Assembly: GCA_009777935.1 (NCBI GenBank)
Contig: WRKU01000005.1
Coordinates: 4,102-68,101, forward strand
Reading direction: 5' to 3'
DNA length: 64,000 nucleotides
Origin: Coriobacteriia bacterium
GTDB lineage: Bacteria > Actinomycetota > Coriobacteriia > WRKU01
In this document: piece by piece, positions 1 through 9,457 of the stretch
Layout: each line of letters opens with the position of its first letter
Position numbering within the stretch: position 1 is the stretch's first letter
Program-made: the position numbers and the translations under genes
The notes under the pieces: generated by a model
What the model saw: the letters and a program-made list of their open reading frames with translations, nothing else
Database searches by the model: none
Told to the model about the DNA's origin: nothing

Positions 1-189
1 CAGGTGGGCTACGCACGGGCAGGGCGCATCATGGACATGATGCAGGAACGAGGGATTGTCGGTCCTCCCGATGGGTCGAAGCCGCGTGAAGTGCTTATCG
101 ACCTTGAGACACTGGCACAGATGAGGTTTACAAGCGAAAATCCTGACGACGAGCTCAATGAGGGGAGTGAGATATCATGTCGCGTGTAG
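1..189 (+). CDS. ftsK: DNA translocase FtsK, C-terminal gamma (winged-helix) fragment; 5' end cut by the window edge
   Basis: The ORF is open from base 1. [28 protein letters not shown] is the conserved FtsK/SpoIIIE gamma-domain tail. Confidence 0.8.
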   Translation, partial: QVGYARAGRIMDMMQERGIVGPPDGSKPREVLIDLETLAQMRFTSENPDDELNEGSEISCRV

Positions 190-656
190 GGGAGACATTG
201 CATGAAGAACGTACTGCGCAGGGGTTAAGTATTCAACAGGTAGCGGAGCGCATTAACATTAAACCGTCGTTCGTTGAGGCAATAGAGGAAGCGGCGTACG
301 ACTCGCTCCCGCCGATAGGGTATACCAAAGGTTTCATTATTTCGTACGCCACGATTCTCGGTCTTGATAGCGCCGAGATGGTTGCCCGCTATCAGGATGA
401 GGTAGCGCAGCACGAAGGTCGCGGTCCGCTCGAACATGCACGTGAAACAAACCGCGCCTCGACCGATACGCACGATATCCCCTGGAAAATGGTGTGGATT
501 CTCGTTGCGATACTGGTGGTGGCCGGAGCACTGGCGTGGATTATGAGCACGTTTGTGTTTACCGATTCGCGTATTGGTGCCCCTCAGCAGACGAGCACAA
601 GCGACGTGGTAATCGATGCTCAGATGCCCGAAGATGAAGAGGAAGAAGGAGAGTAG
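177..656 (+). CDS. RodZ-like XRE-type HTH protein with one transmembrane helix
   Basis: N-terminal HTH ([22 protein letters not shown]), the YTKGFI motif and one TM segment ([21 protein letters not shown]). It sits upstream of pgsA as rodZ/ymfM does in Bacillus. Confidence 0.6.
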   Translation: MSRVGETLHEERTAQGLSIQQVAERINIKPSFVEAIEEAAYDSLPPIGYTKGFIISYATILGLDSAEMVARYQDEVAQHEGRGPLEHARETNRASTDTHDIPWKMVWILVAILVVAGALAWIMSTFVFTDSRIGAPQQTSTSDVVIDAQMPEDEEEEGE

Positions 657-657
657 C

Positions 658-1155
658 ATGGCAAAGGACAGCAGCTTTGATATCGTCTCACAGGTAGATC
701 TGCAGGAAGTCGACAATGCATACAATCAGGCGACACGTGAGTTGGCACAGCGCTACGATCTAAAAGACAGTGGTTCGACGCTTGAATTCGATAAAGGAAC
801 AAAGACGCTGACGCTGACGGCGCCGAGCGATTTTGTAGCCGGGCAGATTAAGGACATCCTTGGTTCGAAGCTAGTGCGTCGTGATGTCGATTTGAAGGCG
901 GTCCGCTGGGGCAATCCGGAAGACGCCTCGGGTATGATGGTGCGTTATCAGGGAACGATTGTTTCCGGCATCGATGATGAGACGATTAAGCGGATTAACA
1001 AAGATATCAAGGCCGAGAAGTTCAAAGCAAAGACGCAAATTGAGGGCGACAAGATACGGGTATCCTCGCCGTCGCGTGATACCTTGCAGGATATCATCGC
1101 GTTCGTCAAACAAAAAGATTACGACGTTCCACTCCAGTTCATCAACTATCGCTAG
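658..1155 (+). CDS. yajQ: YajQ family (UPF0234) nucleotide / cyclic-di-GMP-binding protein
   Basis: MAKDSSFDIVS..DLQEVDNA is the typical YajQ N-terminus. The ATG at 658 follows a GGAAGAAGGAG RBS and the length is about 165 aa. Confidence 0.85.
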   Translation: MAKDSSFDIVSQVDLQEVDNAYNQATRELAQRYDLKDSGSTLEFDKGTKTLTLTAPSDFVAGQIKDILGSKLVRRDVDLKAVRWGNPEDASGMMVRYQGTIVSGIDDETIKRINKDIKAEKFKAKTQIEGDKIRVSSPSRDTLQDIIAFVKQKDYDVPLQFINYR

Positions 1156-1195
1156 TCAAGACGGTGCACGGGAGTATCAGGAAAGGTGTGGTGAC

Positions 1196-1843
1196 GTGAA
1201 GGCTCTCGTACAGCGGCTTGGGTATGCCAATACCGTCACGCTCGTTCGCATCGTGTGTATACCGGTTTTTCTGGTTGTATGGCTCGCCGATTGGCCGGCA
1301 TGGTTCGGTATCCGTACCGTGCTCTATCAGGCGCGCCCGTGGCTCGCGCTTCTGTTATTCGTACTGCTTGCAGTGACCGATCTTCTCGATGGCTATCTTG
1401 CGCGTTCACGCGGCGAGGTGAGCCCACTCGGCGCCTTCATTGACCCACTTGCCGATAAGTTACTTGTGACAGCTGCGCTTCTTGCGCTCATCCAAATCGG
1501 CTTGTTGCCGGCATGGGTTGCCTTCGTGATTATTGCGCGTGAGTTCGTGGTAAGTGGTCTGCGTATGGTCGCTGCCGAGCAGCAGGTCGTTATTGCGGCG
1601 TCGATGTATGGCAAGGTCAAGACAGTATTACAGATAGCTGCGATCGTTCTCTTTATTCCGATGGGCTCACTCTGGTATTTGCGCTTGAGCTTGTCGCTGC
1701 AAGACCTGTACTATACGGGTGCGTGGATAGTGATGTGGGCAGCCGTGGTGATGACGATAGTGTCGATGCTCGAGTATTTTGCAAACGCTATAAAGGTGAT
1801 GGAGGTGCCGTGGAAGCGTACGGCGAACTACACGCAGAAGTAA
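1196..1843 (+). CDS. pgsA: CDP-diacylglycerol--glycerol-3-phosphate 3-phosphatidyltransferase
   Basis: CDP-alcohol phosphatidyltransferase motif D-x2-DG-x2-AR...G-x3-D-x3-D (DLLDGYLARSRGEVSPLGAFIDPLADK). Start is a GTG at 1196 after GGAAAGG. The protein is multi-TM. Confidence 0.85.
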   Translation: MKALVQRLGYANTVTLVRIVCIPVFLVVWLADWPAWFGIRTVLYQARPWLALLLFVLLAVTDLLDGYLARSRGEVSPLGAFIDPLADKLLVTAALLALIQIGLLPAWVAFVIIAREFVVSGLRMVAAEQQVVIAASMYGKVKTVLQIAAIVLFIPMGSLWYLRLSLSLQDLYYTGAWIVMWAAVVMTIVSMLEYFANAIKVMEVPWKRTANYTQK

Positions 1844-2319
1844 ACGAACTATTGGCGATGTGTCGCGCGCAGAATCTAACACTTGCCGTAGCCGAATCGC
1901 TGACCGGAGGGCTTATCGGTGCGACGTTGAGCGCGGTTCCTGGTGCATCGGCCGTTTTTAAGGGTGGCGTTATCTGTTATTCAGCCCACATTAAGCATAA
2001 GGTTCTTGGCGTCAGTGAACATGTTCTTACGGTCGACGGAGTCGTATCCGAGGCGTGTGCATGTGAGATGGCACGTGGGGTGCGACAGCTCTGTGAAGCC
2101 GATATTGCGGTGGCGGTGACCGGCGAGGCAGGACCGATTGCAGCCGATTCTTCGGTGCCGATTGGGACTGTCTGCGTAGCCGTGGCGACCGAGGCAATGT
2201 TCGAATCTCGCACCGTTACGCTCGATGGAGACCGCGATATGGTGCGCCGAAAGACGGTTGCTGTTACTTTGGCGTTACTTTCAGAAACGTTGTTGTCTCC
2301 TCCCCGTGCTAGCGTATAA
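1810..2319 (+). CDS. pncC: CinA C-terminal domain protein / nicotinamide-nucleotide amidohydrolase PncC
   Basis: LAVAESLTGGL..GAS..F.GG...YS...K motif, and the position directly upstream of recA. The start is uncertain (GTG 1810 chosen; the ORF is open from 1723). Confidence 0.8.
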   Translation: MEAYGELHAEVNELLAMCRAQNLTLAVAESLTGGLIGATLSAVPGASAVFKGGVICYSAHIKHKVLGVSEHVLTVDGVVSEACACEMARGVRQLCEADIAVAVTGEAGPIAADSSVPIGTVCVAVATEAMFESRTVTLDGDRDMVRRKTVAVTLALLSETLLSPPRASV

Positions 2320-2365
2320 ACGTAACGAAAACGGCTTGTGACAAGAATGTCCATTCCGTTGACAA

Positions 2366-2379
2366 CGAACAGATGTTCG
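2366..2379. promoter_or_regulatory. LexA operator (Cheo/SOS box) upstream of recA
   Basis: Perfect palindrome CGAAC-AGAT-GTTCG about 53 nt upstream of the recA ATG. It directly abuts a TTGACA hexamer at 2359-2364. Confidence 0.8.
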
Positions 2380-2431
2380 AATACGGTAAGGTAGTACGGA
2401 AGATCGCGTAAGATTTGAAGAGGAGATTGTC

Positions 2432-3502
2432 ATGGATGCCAGTAAAGAAAAAATGCTCGAACTGACACGTGTTCAGATCGAGAAAAAATTTGGTAAAGGT
2501 GCCCTGATGAAGTTTGCCGATGGAGAGGCCTTCGCAGAGATGGGCGTCATCCCGACAGGGTCGCTTGCACTCGATGCAGCGCTCGGTATCGGAGGCATCC
2601 CGAAAGGACGTATCGTCGAGGTCTATGGTCCGGAGTCTTCGGGCAAGACGACGCTCGCATTGCAGATGGTCGCCGAATGTCAGGCCCAAGGTGGCGTTGC
2701 TGCCTTCATCGACGCGGAACATGCACTTGACCCGACCTATGCCGCACGTCTCGGAGTCGATATCGACGAGATACTGATCTCCCAGCCCGACACCGGTGAG
2801 CAGGGTCTTGAGATCTGTGACATGCTCGTGCGTTCCGGCGCTGTCGATATCATCGTCATTGACTCGGTTGCCGCACTTGTGCCACGTGCCGAGATTGAGG
2901 GTGAAATCGGGGATACAACGGTGGGGGTACAGGCACGTCTGATGTCGCAGGCATTGCGCAAGCTTGCAGGGTCGTTGTCGAAGTCGGACACCACCTGCAT
3001 CTTCATCAATCAGCTTCGTGAGAAGATTGGTGTGATGTTTGGCAGCCCTGAAGTGACGACCGGTGGACGCGCGTTGAAGTTCTACTCGACGGTACGTATC
3101 GATGTGCGCCGTATCGACTCCATCAAGCAAGGAGCTGATATCGTCGGCAATCGCGTGCGTGCTAAGGTCGTCAAAAACAAGGTTGCACCACCGTTCCGTA
3201 TTGCCGAGTTTGACCTCATGTACGGTGAAGGCATCAGCAAAGAGGGATCGATTCTTGACCTCGGTGTCGAGCAAGATATCGTCAATAAGTCGGGTTCGTG
3301 GTACACCTACGGCGACGAGCGTTTGGGGCAGGGTCGTGAGGCGGCCAAGGAGACGCTGCGCGCTAACCTGGACTTACGCAATGAGATAGAGGGCAAGGTT
3401 CGTGAATGTCTGGGGTTACCGGGGATACACAACACACCGGCTGAGCCGAACACAAAGGCAGAGAAGCCAGAGAAGCCCAAATCGGCCCCAGAATCGGTGT
3501 AA
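2432..3502 (+). CDS. recA: Recombinase RecA
   Basis: Full-length match to the RecA pattern ([12 protein letters not shown] Walker [20 protein letters not shown]). GAGGAG RBS. Confidence 0.98.
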   Translation: MDASKEKMLELTRVQIEKKFGKGALMKFADGEAFAEMGVIPTGSLALDAALGIGGIPKGRIVEVYGPESSGKTTLALQMVAECQAQGGVAAFIDAEHALDPTYAARLGVDIDEILISQPDTGEQGLEICDMLVRSGAVDIIVIDSVAALVPRAEIEGEIGDTTVGVQARLMSQALRKLAGSLSKSDTTCIFINQLREKIGVMFGSPEVTTGGRALKFYSTVRIDVRRIDSIKQGADIVGNRVRAKVVKNKVAPPFRIAEFDLMYGEGISKEGSILDLGVEQDIVNKSGSWYTYGDERLGQGREAAKETLRANLDLRNEIEGKVRECLGLPGIHNTPAEPNTKAEKPEKPKSAPESV

Positions 3503-3511
3503 CCGTTTAGC

Positions 3512-3997
3512 ATGGGTGCGCGCATGCCGAACTCCTCGCGCTGCAAAGATGCGTATGAGCGTGCACTCGACCTCACGCTTCGTCGCGACTACACGACGTC
3601 TGAGGTTGAACGCAAACTCCTTCATGACGGCTATAGTCCCGAAGAGGCGCAGAAGGCAATCGGGCGCCTTGTCGAACGCGACCTGCTCAACGATGTGCGT
3701 TATGTCGAGCTGTATGTGCTACAACGTCTCGCAGCGTGTTACGGACCGCGCTACATTGAGGAGAAGCTTTACCTGAAAGGTATCGCGCGTCGAGTGAGCA
3801 TCGAGGTGATCGAACGCTCTATCGCAGAAGAAAGCATCGATCTTGAACGTAATGCACGCCGCTGGATCGAAAAAGTGGACCTTGACAATCAAAGAGAGAG
3901 AACGAAGGCATTGCGTCGTTTGACGGCTCGTGGATACGAATATGGCCTCATACGCCGACTTCTTGAAGAGGAAATACGTGACGACGATTGCCTGTGA
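3512..3997 (+). CDS. recX: RecA regulator RecX
   Basis: About 160 aa helical-repeat protein immediately downstream of recA. AL..L.RRDYT..E...KL and YV.D..Y-type repeats. Confidence 0.85.
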   Translation: MGARMPNSSRCKDAYERALDLTLRRDYTTSEVERKLLHDGYSPEEAQKAIGRLVERDLLNDVRYVELYVLQRLAACYGPRYIEEKLYLKGIARRVSIEVIERSIAEESIDLERNARRWIEKVDLDNQRERTKALRRLTARGYEYGLIRRLLEEEIRDDDCL

Positions 3998-4048
3998 GTG
4001 TATCGTGCAGGAGGGATGGCGGCACAACACGCGGTAGTGGGGGATTGC

Positions 4049-4077
4049 TTGACGATGGGGCGACTTATCGCTACTAT
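4049..4077 (+). promoter_or_regulatory. Putative sigma-70-type promoter for rny
   Basis: TTGACG (4049-4054), 17 nt spacer, TACTAT (4072-4077), about 60 nt upstream of the rny start. Confidence 0.4.
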
Positions 4078-4138
4078 AAACGGTGCGTAAGTACACACCG
4101 TATGAGGGGTCAACACCCCTTCTGAACGATAGATTTGA

Positions 4139-5686
4139 GTGATTGATATGAACACCTTCGCACTTGTAGGCGCAATCGTGGCCGCTATTGTGGGTATCGC
4201 CATCGGGTTCGCCCTTGACCGTTACGTCATCAACACGAAAGCATCTCGCGCAGCCGACGAGGTTGCTCGTGCGCTTGACGAGGCAAAACGTCAGGCAAAG
4301 ACGCTCAAAAAAGAGGCCTTGCTTGAAGCCAAAGATGAAAGTATTAAACGTCGTCAAGAAGAAGAGGCCGAGGCCAAGACACGACGCAAGGAAATCATTG
4401 CGCTTGAAAATCGCCTGGTGACCCGCGAAGAGTCGATCGATCGTCGCGCTGAGTCACTCGATAAACGCGAACACCAGATGTCCAGTGCGGCCGGGCAGAT
4501 CGCTGCCCGTGAGCGTGAGGCTGAGGAGCTCATCGCTAAGCAGACCGAAGAGCTGGCGCGCATGGCGCGTATGACTCAGGAAGAGGCGCGCACCGAACTC
4601 CTGGCCCGGGTGACCGAAGATGTCGCGCAGGAGGCGGCCGCTATCATTCGTGAGAGCGAAGATAACGCGAAGCGTGAAGCCGATAAGAAGGCGCGTTCTA
4701 TCGTCAGCCTCGCTATTCAGCGTGTCGCTGCTGACCACACCGCTGAGACGACCGTAAGTGTCGTGCATCTACCCAACGATGACATGAAGGGGCGCCTCAT
4801 CGGTCGTGAGGGACGCAACATTCGTGCCTTCGAGCAGGCGACCGGCATCAACCTCATCGTCGATGATACGCCCGATGCCGTCACTATCTCAAGTTTTGAT
4901 CCTGTGCGTCGTGAGATTGGGCGTATGACGCTGGAAGCGCTCATTCAGGACGGACGCATCCATCCTGCGCGTATCGAAGAGCTCTTCAACAAGTCAGAGC
5001 GCACCGTTTCAGAGCGCGTGCAGCAAGCCGGCGAACAGGCAAGCTATGAGGCCGATGTGCACAACCTGCACCCCGAGGCCATCAAGACGCTTGGTCGTCT
5101 CAAGTATCGCACGAGTTACGGGCAGAACGTGCTTCAGCATTCGCTTGAGGTTTCGTGGCTTGCCGGCGTGATGGCGGCCGAGCTCGGTGCCGATGTCGTG
5201 TTGGCACAGCGCGCCGGACTCCTGCATGACCTTGGTAAGGCGATCGACCACGAGGTCGAGGGACCGCATGCGGCAATCGGTGCTGATTTAGCACGCCGCC
5301 TCGGAGAGTCGCCCGCCATCGTTCACTGCATCGAGGCTCATCATGGAGATGTCGAGTGTCAGACCGTCGAGGCCGTGCTCGTCATGGCGGCCGATGCCAT
5401 TAGTGCCGCGCGTCCCGGAGCACGCCGTGAGACGCTGGAGAGTTACATCAAGCGTCTCGAAAAACTTGAGGAGATCGCCAACGCACACAAAGGCGTCGAG
5501 AAGACCTACGCTATGCAGGCCGGTCGTGAAATCCGCGTCATGGTGCAGCCCGAGGTCGTCAACGACGACACGGCGGTTGTATTGGCGCGTGAAATTGCGC
5601 AAGAAATCGAATCCGAGATGGAATACCCCGGACAGGTACGCGTCATGGTGGTACGCGAAAGTCGTGCCGTCGAGTACGCGAAGTAG
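4139..5686 (+). CDS. rny: Ribonuclease Y
   Basis: N-terminal TM helix, long charged coiled coil, KH domain ([15 protein letters not shown]) and HD domain (HDLGKA...HH). Confidence 0.95.
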   Translation: MIDMNTFALVGAIVAAIVGIAIGFALDRYVINTKASRAADEVARALDEAKRQAKTLKKEALLEAKDESIKRRQEEEAEAKTRRKEIIALENRLVTREESIDRRAESLDKREHQMSSAAGQIAAREREAEELIAKQTEELARMARMTQEEARTELLARVTEDVAQEAAAIIRESEDNAKREADKKARSIVSLAIQRVAADHTAETTVSVVHLPNDDMKGRLIGREGRNIRAFEQATGINLIVDDTPDAVTISSFDPVRREIGRMTLEALIQDGRIHPARIEELFNKSERTVSERVQQAGEQASYEADVHNLHPEAIKTLGRLKYRTSYGQNVLQHSLEVSWLAGVMAAELGADVVLAQRAGLLHDLGKAIDHEVEGPHAAIGADLARRLGESPAIVHCIEAHHGDVECQTVEAVLVMAADAISAARPGARRETLESYIKRLEKLEEIANAHKGVEKTYAMQAGREIRVMVQPEVVNDDTAVVLAREIAQEIESEMEYPGQVRVMVVRESRAVEYAK

Positions 5687-5722
5687 CCGTCACTTCGGTC
5701 TTGCAGATTCCGTGCAGCGGCC

Positions 5723-6766
5723 ATGACGGAGACTTCACCCGGCTCGAAAGAGCACACCCTTGATTTTCTGACCCGCGTGACGGGGCGTGACGTGCGTAGT
5801 GTCGAGCGCGATTACGGCAATGGATACGTTCGTCTCTCAACGTCAGAGTCGGCGCGTCGTCAAGCAAAGCATGATATTCGCCGGGTCGAAGATGCCGTCA
5901 TCGAACTCTTGCGCAATGCGCGTGATGCCGGCGCTCACACTATTCTTGTCGCCAGCTCATCGGATGCGAATCGACGCATAATCACGATGATTGACGATGG
6001 AGCCGGTATCGAACCCGAGATGTTTGACGCCATCTTCGAGCCACGTGTGACGAACAAGCTTGAGACGATGCACGTAGACGAATGGGGTGTTCATGGCCGT
6101 GGTATGGCGCTCTACTCGATTAAGGAGAACGCACAGATCGCCCATGTTACGACGAGCCGTAGCGGTTACGGAACATCGATAGGTGTCGAGTTCGACCTTG
6201 AGACAGTTCCCGAGAGAGCCGATCAGTCGACGATGCCGACCCTGCGTGATACCGATAGCGCATCGACAACCGACGCGCCTCTCCTCGGACCTCACAATAT
6301 CATGCGTACCTGTGTGGAGTTTGCGCTTATGCATCCCGACGTTCGGGTTATCGTAGGCTCACCGTCCGAGATCGTCGCCACACTTGTCGATGAAGAGTTT
6401 TCCGCCGTGAGTGTCGATGATAGCGTAGAGATGCTGATTGCATATGCCGCATCGTCGGGCTTACACTTGAGTGAGCGTAACGCATATCGCATTCGTAGTG
6501 GTGACATAGGTCCATGTGCAGACGTCTTAACGGCACTGACTTCTGCAGATTCGTCAACCTCACAGAAGACCATACCTCACGATGACAGAGAGAGGCGTCG
6601 CAACACCAAAATCACGCACCAAGACCGAGAACGAGTGGCACAAGAAGCACGCACATTCTTCGAGAAAACACTTGGTGAACGTCTCTATCTGGAGCTCATT
6701 GAAGAGCCTACGGTGCGTGTGGGGCGCGGGGAAATCTCCCTCAACTTTCAGTTTAGTGAAAAATAA
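5723..6766 (+). CDS. Stand-alone GHKL (histidine-kinase-like) ATPase domain protein, function unknown
   Basis: N-box ELLRNARDAG, G1 box DDGAGI and G2-like GVHGRGMAL. No DHp/HisKA, TM or receiver region is recognisable. There is no clear RBS, so the start is uncertain. Confidence 0.6.
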   Translation: MTETSPGSKEHTLDFLTRVTGRDVRSVERDYGNGYVRLSTSESARRQAKHDIRRVEDAVIELLRNARDAGAHTILVASSSDANRRIITMIDDGAGIEPEMFDAIFEPRVTNKLETMHVDEWGVHGRGMALYSIKENAQIAHVTTSRSGYGTSIGVEFDLETVPERADQSTMPTLRDTDSASTTDAPLLGPHNIMRTCVEFALMHPDVRVIVGSPSEIVATLVDEEFSAVSVDDSVEMLIAYAASSGLHLSERNAYRIRSGDIGPCADVLTALTSADSSTSQKTIPHDDRERRRNTKITHQDRERVAQEARTFFEKTLGERLYLELIEEPTVRVGRGEISLNFQFSEK

Positions 6767-6769
6767 CCG

Positions 6770-6797
6770 TTTACTTTCCGTTTCTTTCCCGTATAAT
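6770..6797 (+). promoter_or_regulatory. Putative promoter for spoVS
   Basis: TTTACT (6770-6775), 16 nt spacer, TATAAT (6792-6797) in the 100-nt gap before spoVS. A GAAGGAG RBS precedes the GTG at 6871. Confidence 0.4.
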
Positions 6798-6870
6798 AAA
6801 CTCTGATAACAGAAGCACGTATACGCAGCAACAACGTTGATAAGTCGTAGCAAGGATGAAGGAGTAAGGC

Positions 6871-7134
6871 GTGCAGACGCTGAAAGTATCTTCCAAGAGC
6901 AATCCCAATTCGGTCGCCGGCGCGTTAGCCGGTATGATAAAGGCGGAGAGCGACGTCGAAATACAGACGGTCGGTGCCGGTGCGCTCAATCAGTCGGTCA
7001 AGGCGATAGCGATTGCGCGCGGGTACATTGCGCCGCTCGGCCTCGACCTTATCTGCGCCCCGTCCTTTGCCGAGATTGAGATTAACGGCGAGACGCGTAC
7101 CGCCATTCGTTTTCGGGTGACGCGTCAATCATAG
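6871..7134 (+). CDS. spoVS: SpoVS family protein (stage V sporulation protein S homolog)
   Basis: 86-87 aa. LKVSSKSNPNSVAGALAG......V.IQ.VGAGA.NQ.VKAIAIARGY is the SpoVS signature. Confidence 0.9.
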   Translation: MQTLKVSSKSNPNSVAGALAGMIKAESDVEIQTVGAGALNQSVKAIAIARGYIAPLGLDLICAPSFAEIEINGETRTAIRFRVTRQS

Positions 7135-7159
7135 TGATATCAGAACCACACCTCTGTTC

Positions 7160-8479
7160 ATGAAGACCTATCATCTCAAAACCTTCGGTTGTCAGATGAA
7201 TAAGCACGACAGTGAGCGTATCGCCGGTATGCTCGATATGCATGGCTGGCAGGCAACGACCGAGCCACATGAGGCAGATGCCATCATCTTCATGACCTGC
7301 TGTGTGCGCGAGAAAGCCGAGGAGCGCCTCCAGGGGCAGGTAGCCTCACTTAAGGCGCTCAACCGGCCTCTCATCGCCGTCGGGGGTTGTATCGGGCAGC
7401 GCGACGGGGAGAAGTTGCGCGCACAGCTTCCTCACGTCGACGTCGTCTTTGGTACCCACAATGTCGCGCGTCTTCCTCTGCTTCTGGAGCGTGCACGAGA
7501 GACGGCCCGTGCGCAGGTAGAGGTTCTCGACGACACCGTTGAGGACTTTGCTGCCGACCTCCCCGCCACACCCGAACACGCCTTTCACGCATGGCTTCCC
7601 ATCACCGTGGGCTGCGATAATCACTGCACCTACTGCATCGTGCCAACGGTACGCGGACGTGAAAAAAGTCGCCCTTTCGAGCGCATCATCGAACAGGCCG
7701 AGAACCTTGTTGCAGACGGCGTCTGTGAGATCACGCTCCTCGGTCAAAACGTCAACAGCTATGGACGTGATCGATATGGTGCACCTCGTTTCGCTGAGCT
7801 ATTGACCGCCGTCGCCGCAACCGGTATCTCACGACTGGGATTTGCCACGAGCCACCCGAAAGACCTGAGCGATGAGACGATACAGGCAATGGCGTCCTCA
7901 TCGGCTCTCCTCGACTATCTGCATCTGCCGGTACAGTCAGGCTCGACGCGTATATTGACGGCGATGAATCGTCGCTATACGAAAGACGAATATCTTGCAC
8001 TCGTCGCGCGCATTCGTGAGGCGATGCCCACTATCGCGCTGACGACCGACATCATCGTGGGATTTCCGGGCGAAACCGATGCCGATTTTGCCGATACACT
8101 TAATGTTGTGCGTACCGCACAGTTTGCCGGAGCGTTCACGTTCCTCTACTCGCCACGTGAAGGGACGCCGGCTGCCGCCATGGACGGTCAGGTACCGGCC
8201 GACCTCGCACAAGAACGATTCGACCTTCTTGTTGAGGAGGTCCAGCGCAGTGCACGAGCATTTAGTGAAACGCTTGTCGGTACCCGTGCCTCGGTGCTCA
8301 TCGAAGGAGCTTCGAAGCGCGATGCTGGTATTCTCGTCGGGAAGGACCGTCACTATCGCACCGTGCACGTCCCCGTGCCACCTCAGAGCACGGCCAACGT
8401 GTGGGAAGGGCGCGAGGTCGAGGTTGACGTAGATGCAGCCTCTACCTGGTATGTCTCGGGTAAGATAGTTACGAGGTAG
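7160..8479 (+). CDS. miaB: tRNA-2-methylthio-N6-dimethylallyladenosine synthase
   Basis: UPF0004 N-domain (TFGCQMN), radical-SAM CDNHCTYCIVP and a C-terminal TRAM domain. Confidence 0.95.
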   Translation: MKTYHLKTFGCQMNKHDSERIAGMLDMHGWQATTEPHEADAIIFMTCCVREKAEERLQGQVASLKALNRPLIAVGGCIGQRDGEKLRAQLPHVDVVFGTHNVARLPLLLERARETARAQVEVLDDTVEDFAADLPATPEHAFHAWLPITVGCDNHCTYCIVPTVRGREKSRPFERIIEQAENLVADGVCEITLLGQNVNSYGRDRYGAPRFAELLTAVAATGISRLGFATSHPKDLSDETIQAMASSSALLDYLHLPVQSGSTRILTAMNRRYTKDEYLALVARIREAMPTIALTTDIIVGFPGETDADFADTLNVVRTAQFAGAFTFLYSPREGTPAAAMDGQVPADLAQERFDLLVEEVQRSARAFSETLVGTRASVLIEGASKRDAGILVGKDRHYRTVHVPVPPQSTANVWEGREVEVDVDAASTWYVSGKIVTR

Positions 8480-8486
8480 AGATAGC

Positions 8487-9443
8487 ATGCACCCCTACGA
8501 TGTCATAGCTATTGTCGGCCCGACGGCGACCGGCAAAAGTGAACTCGCTGATATGCTTGCCAAAGAAGCCGGCTCCTGTGTCGTCTCGGCCGATTCGATG
8601 CAGATCTATCGGGGGCTCGATATCGGGACGGCCAAGGTGCCGCCCACGAAGCGAAGCGTCGAGTACTTCGGTATCGATATCGTCGACATCGACGAGCCCT
8701 ACAGCGCGGCCGAATACCAGCGCTACGCGCGTCGTCACATCGATGCCGTACGTGCGCAGGGCGTGGTGCCGGTCATGTGTGGCGGCACCGGTCTTTATGT
8801 GCGCGCCGCGCTCGACGAGATGGACTTTCCTGCAGGCGAACAGCGCAACAACCCGGTGCGCGAGAAGTGGGAGCAGTTCCTGCACCAACACGGCGCTGAG
8901 GCGCTCCATGCTGAACTCGCTATCCAAGATCCGGAGAGCGCAGAACTCATCGATGTGCAGAACACCAAGCGCCTTATTCGCGCCTTTGAGATGCGTGCCG
9001 CTAGTACCAGCTATGCCGAACAGTATCGCACCTTTCGTATTCGCACCGCCCACTACGAAACGGTCTACCTCGGCCTGACGTGCGCACGCGATGAGCTCTA
9101 CGCGCGTATCGAACGGCGCGTCGATGAGATGATGGCGGCCGGGCTCGTCGATGAAGTACGTGGTCTGATAGAACGCGGGCTTGCCGATACCTACACAGCG
9201 CGTCACGCCATCGGTTATCGGGAGATCATTGCGCATCTTGCCGGCGCCACGAGCCTTGAGCGTACCGTTGAGCTCATCAGGCAGCATACGCGCAACTATG
9301 CGAAACGGCAACTAACGTGGTTTCGTGGCGATCCTCGCATACAATGGATAGACGTGGACGCACGTTCTTCTTCAGAGGTGTTGGCACGCGTCCATGAGGC
9401 GTTAGACACAAAGATCGAGCAACCGCAGGCAGCCGCAGAGTAG
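8487..9443 (+). CDS. miaA: tRNA dimethylallyltransferase
   Basis: P-loop GPTATGKS, DSMQIYRGLDIGTAK and the YAKRQLTWFR motif. Confidence 0.95.
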   Translation: MHPYDVIAIVGPTATGKSELADMLAKEAGSCVVSADSMQIYRGLDIGTAKVPPTKRSVEYFGIDIVDIDEPYSAAEYQRYARRHIDAVRAQGVVPVMCGGTGLYVRAALDEMDFPAGEQRNNPVREKWEQFLHQHGAEALHAELAIQDPESAELIDVQNTKRLIRAFEMRAASTSYAEQYRTFRIRTAHYETVYLGLTCARDELYARIERRVDEMMAAGLVDEVRGLIERGLADTYTARHAIGYREIIAHLAGATSLERTVELIRQHTRNYAKRQLTWFRGDPRIQWIDVDARSSSEVLARVHEALDTKIEQPQAAAE

Positions 9444-9457
9444 GGCGAGGATACGAG

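Noticed and set aside
2309-3274. 321-aa ORF antisense to recA
   Set aside because: It lies entirely opposite a certain gene. Its composition is odd (rich in R/L/H/C-type residues) and it has no motifs. This is a typical shadow ORF in GC-rich DNA.
4103-4120. Hairpin AGGGGT-CAAC-ACCCCT in the rny 5' leader
   Set aside because: It is real as a sequence feature but has no following T-run and no known motif. That is not enough to call it a regulatory element.
8469-9311. 280-aa ORF antisense to miaA
   Set aside because: Same reasoning: it is antisense to a well-supported CDS, with no RBS and no recognisable domain.
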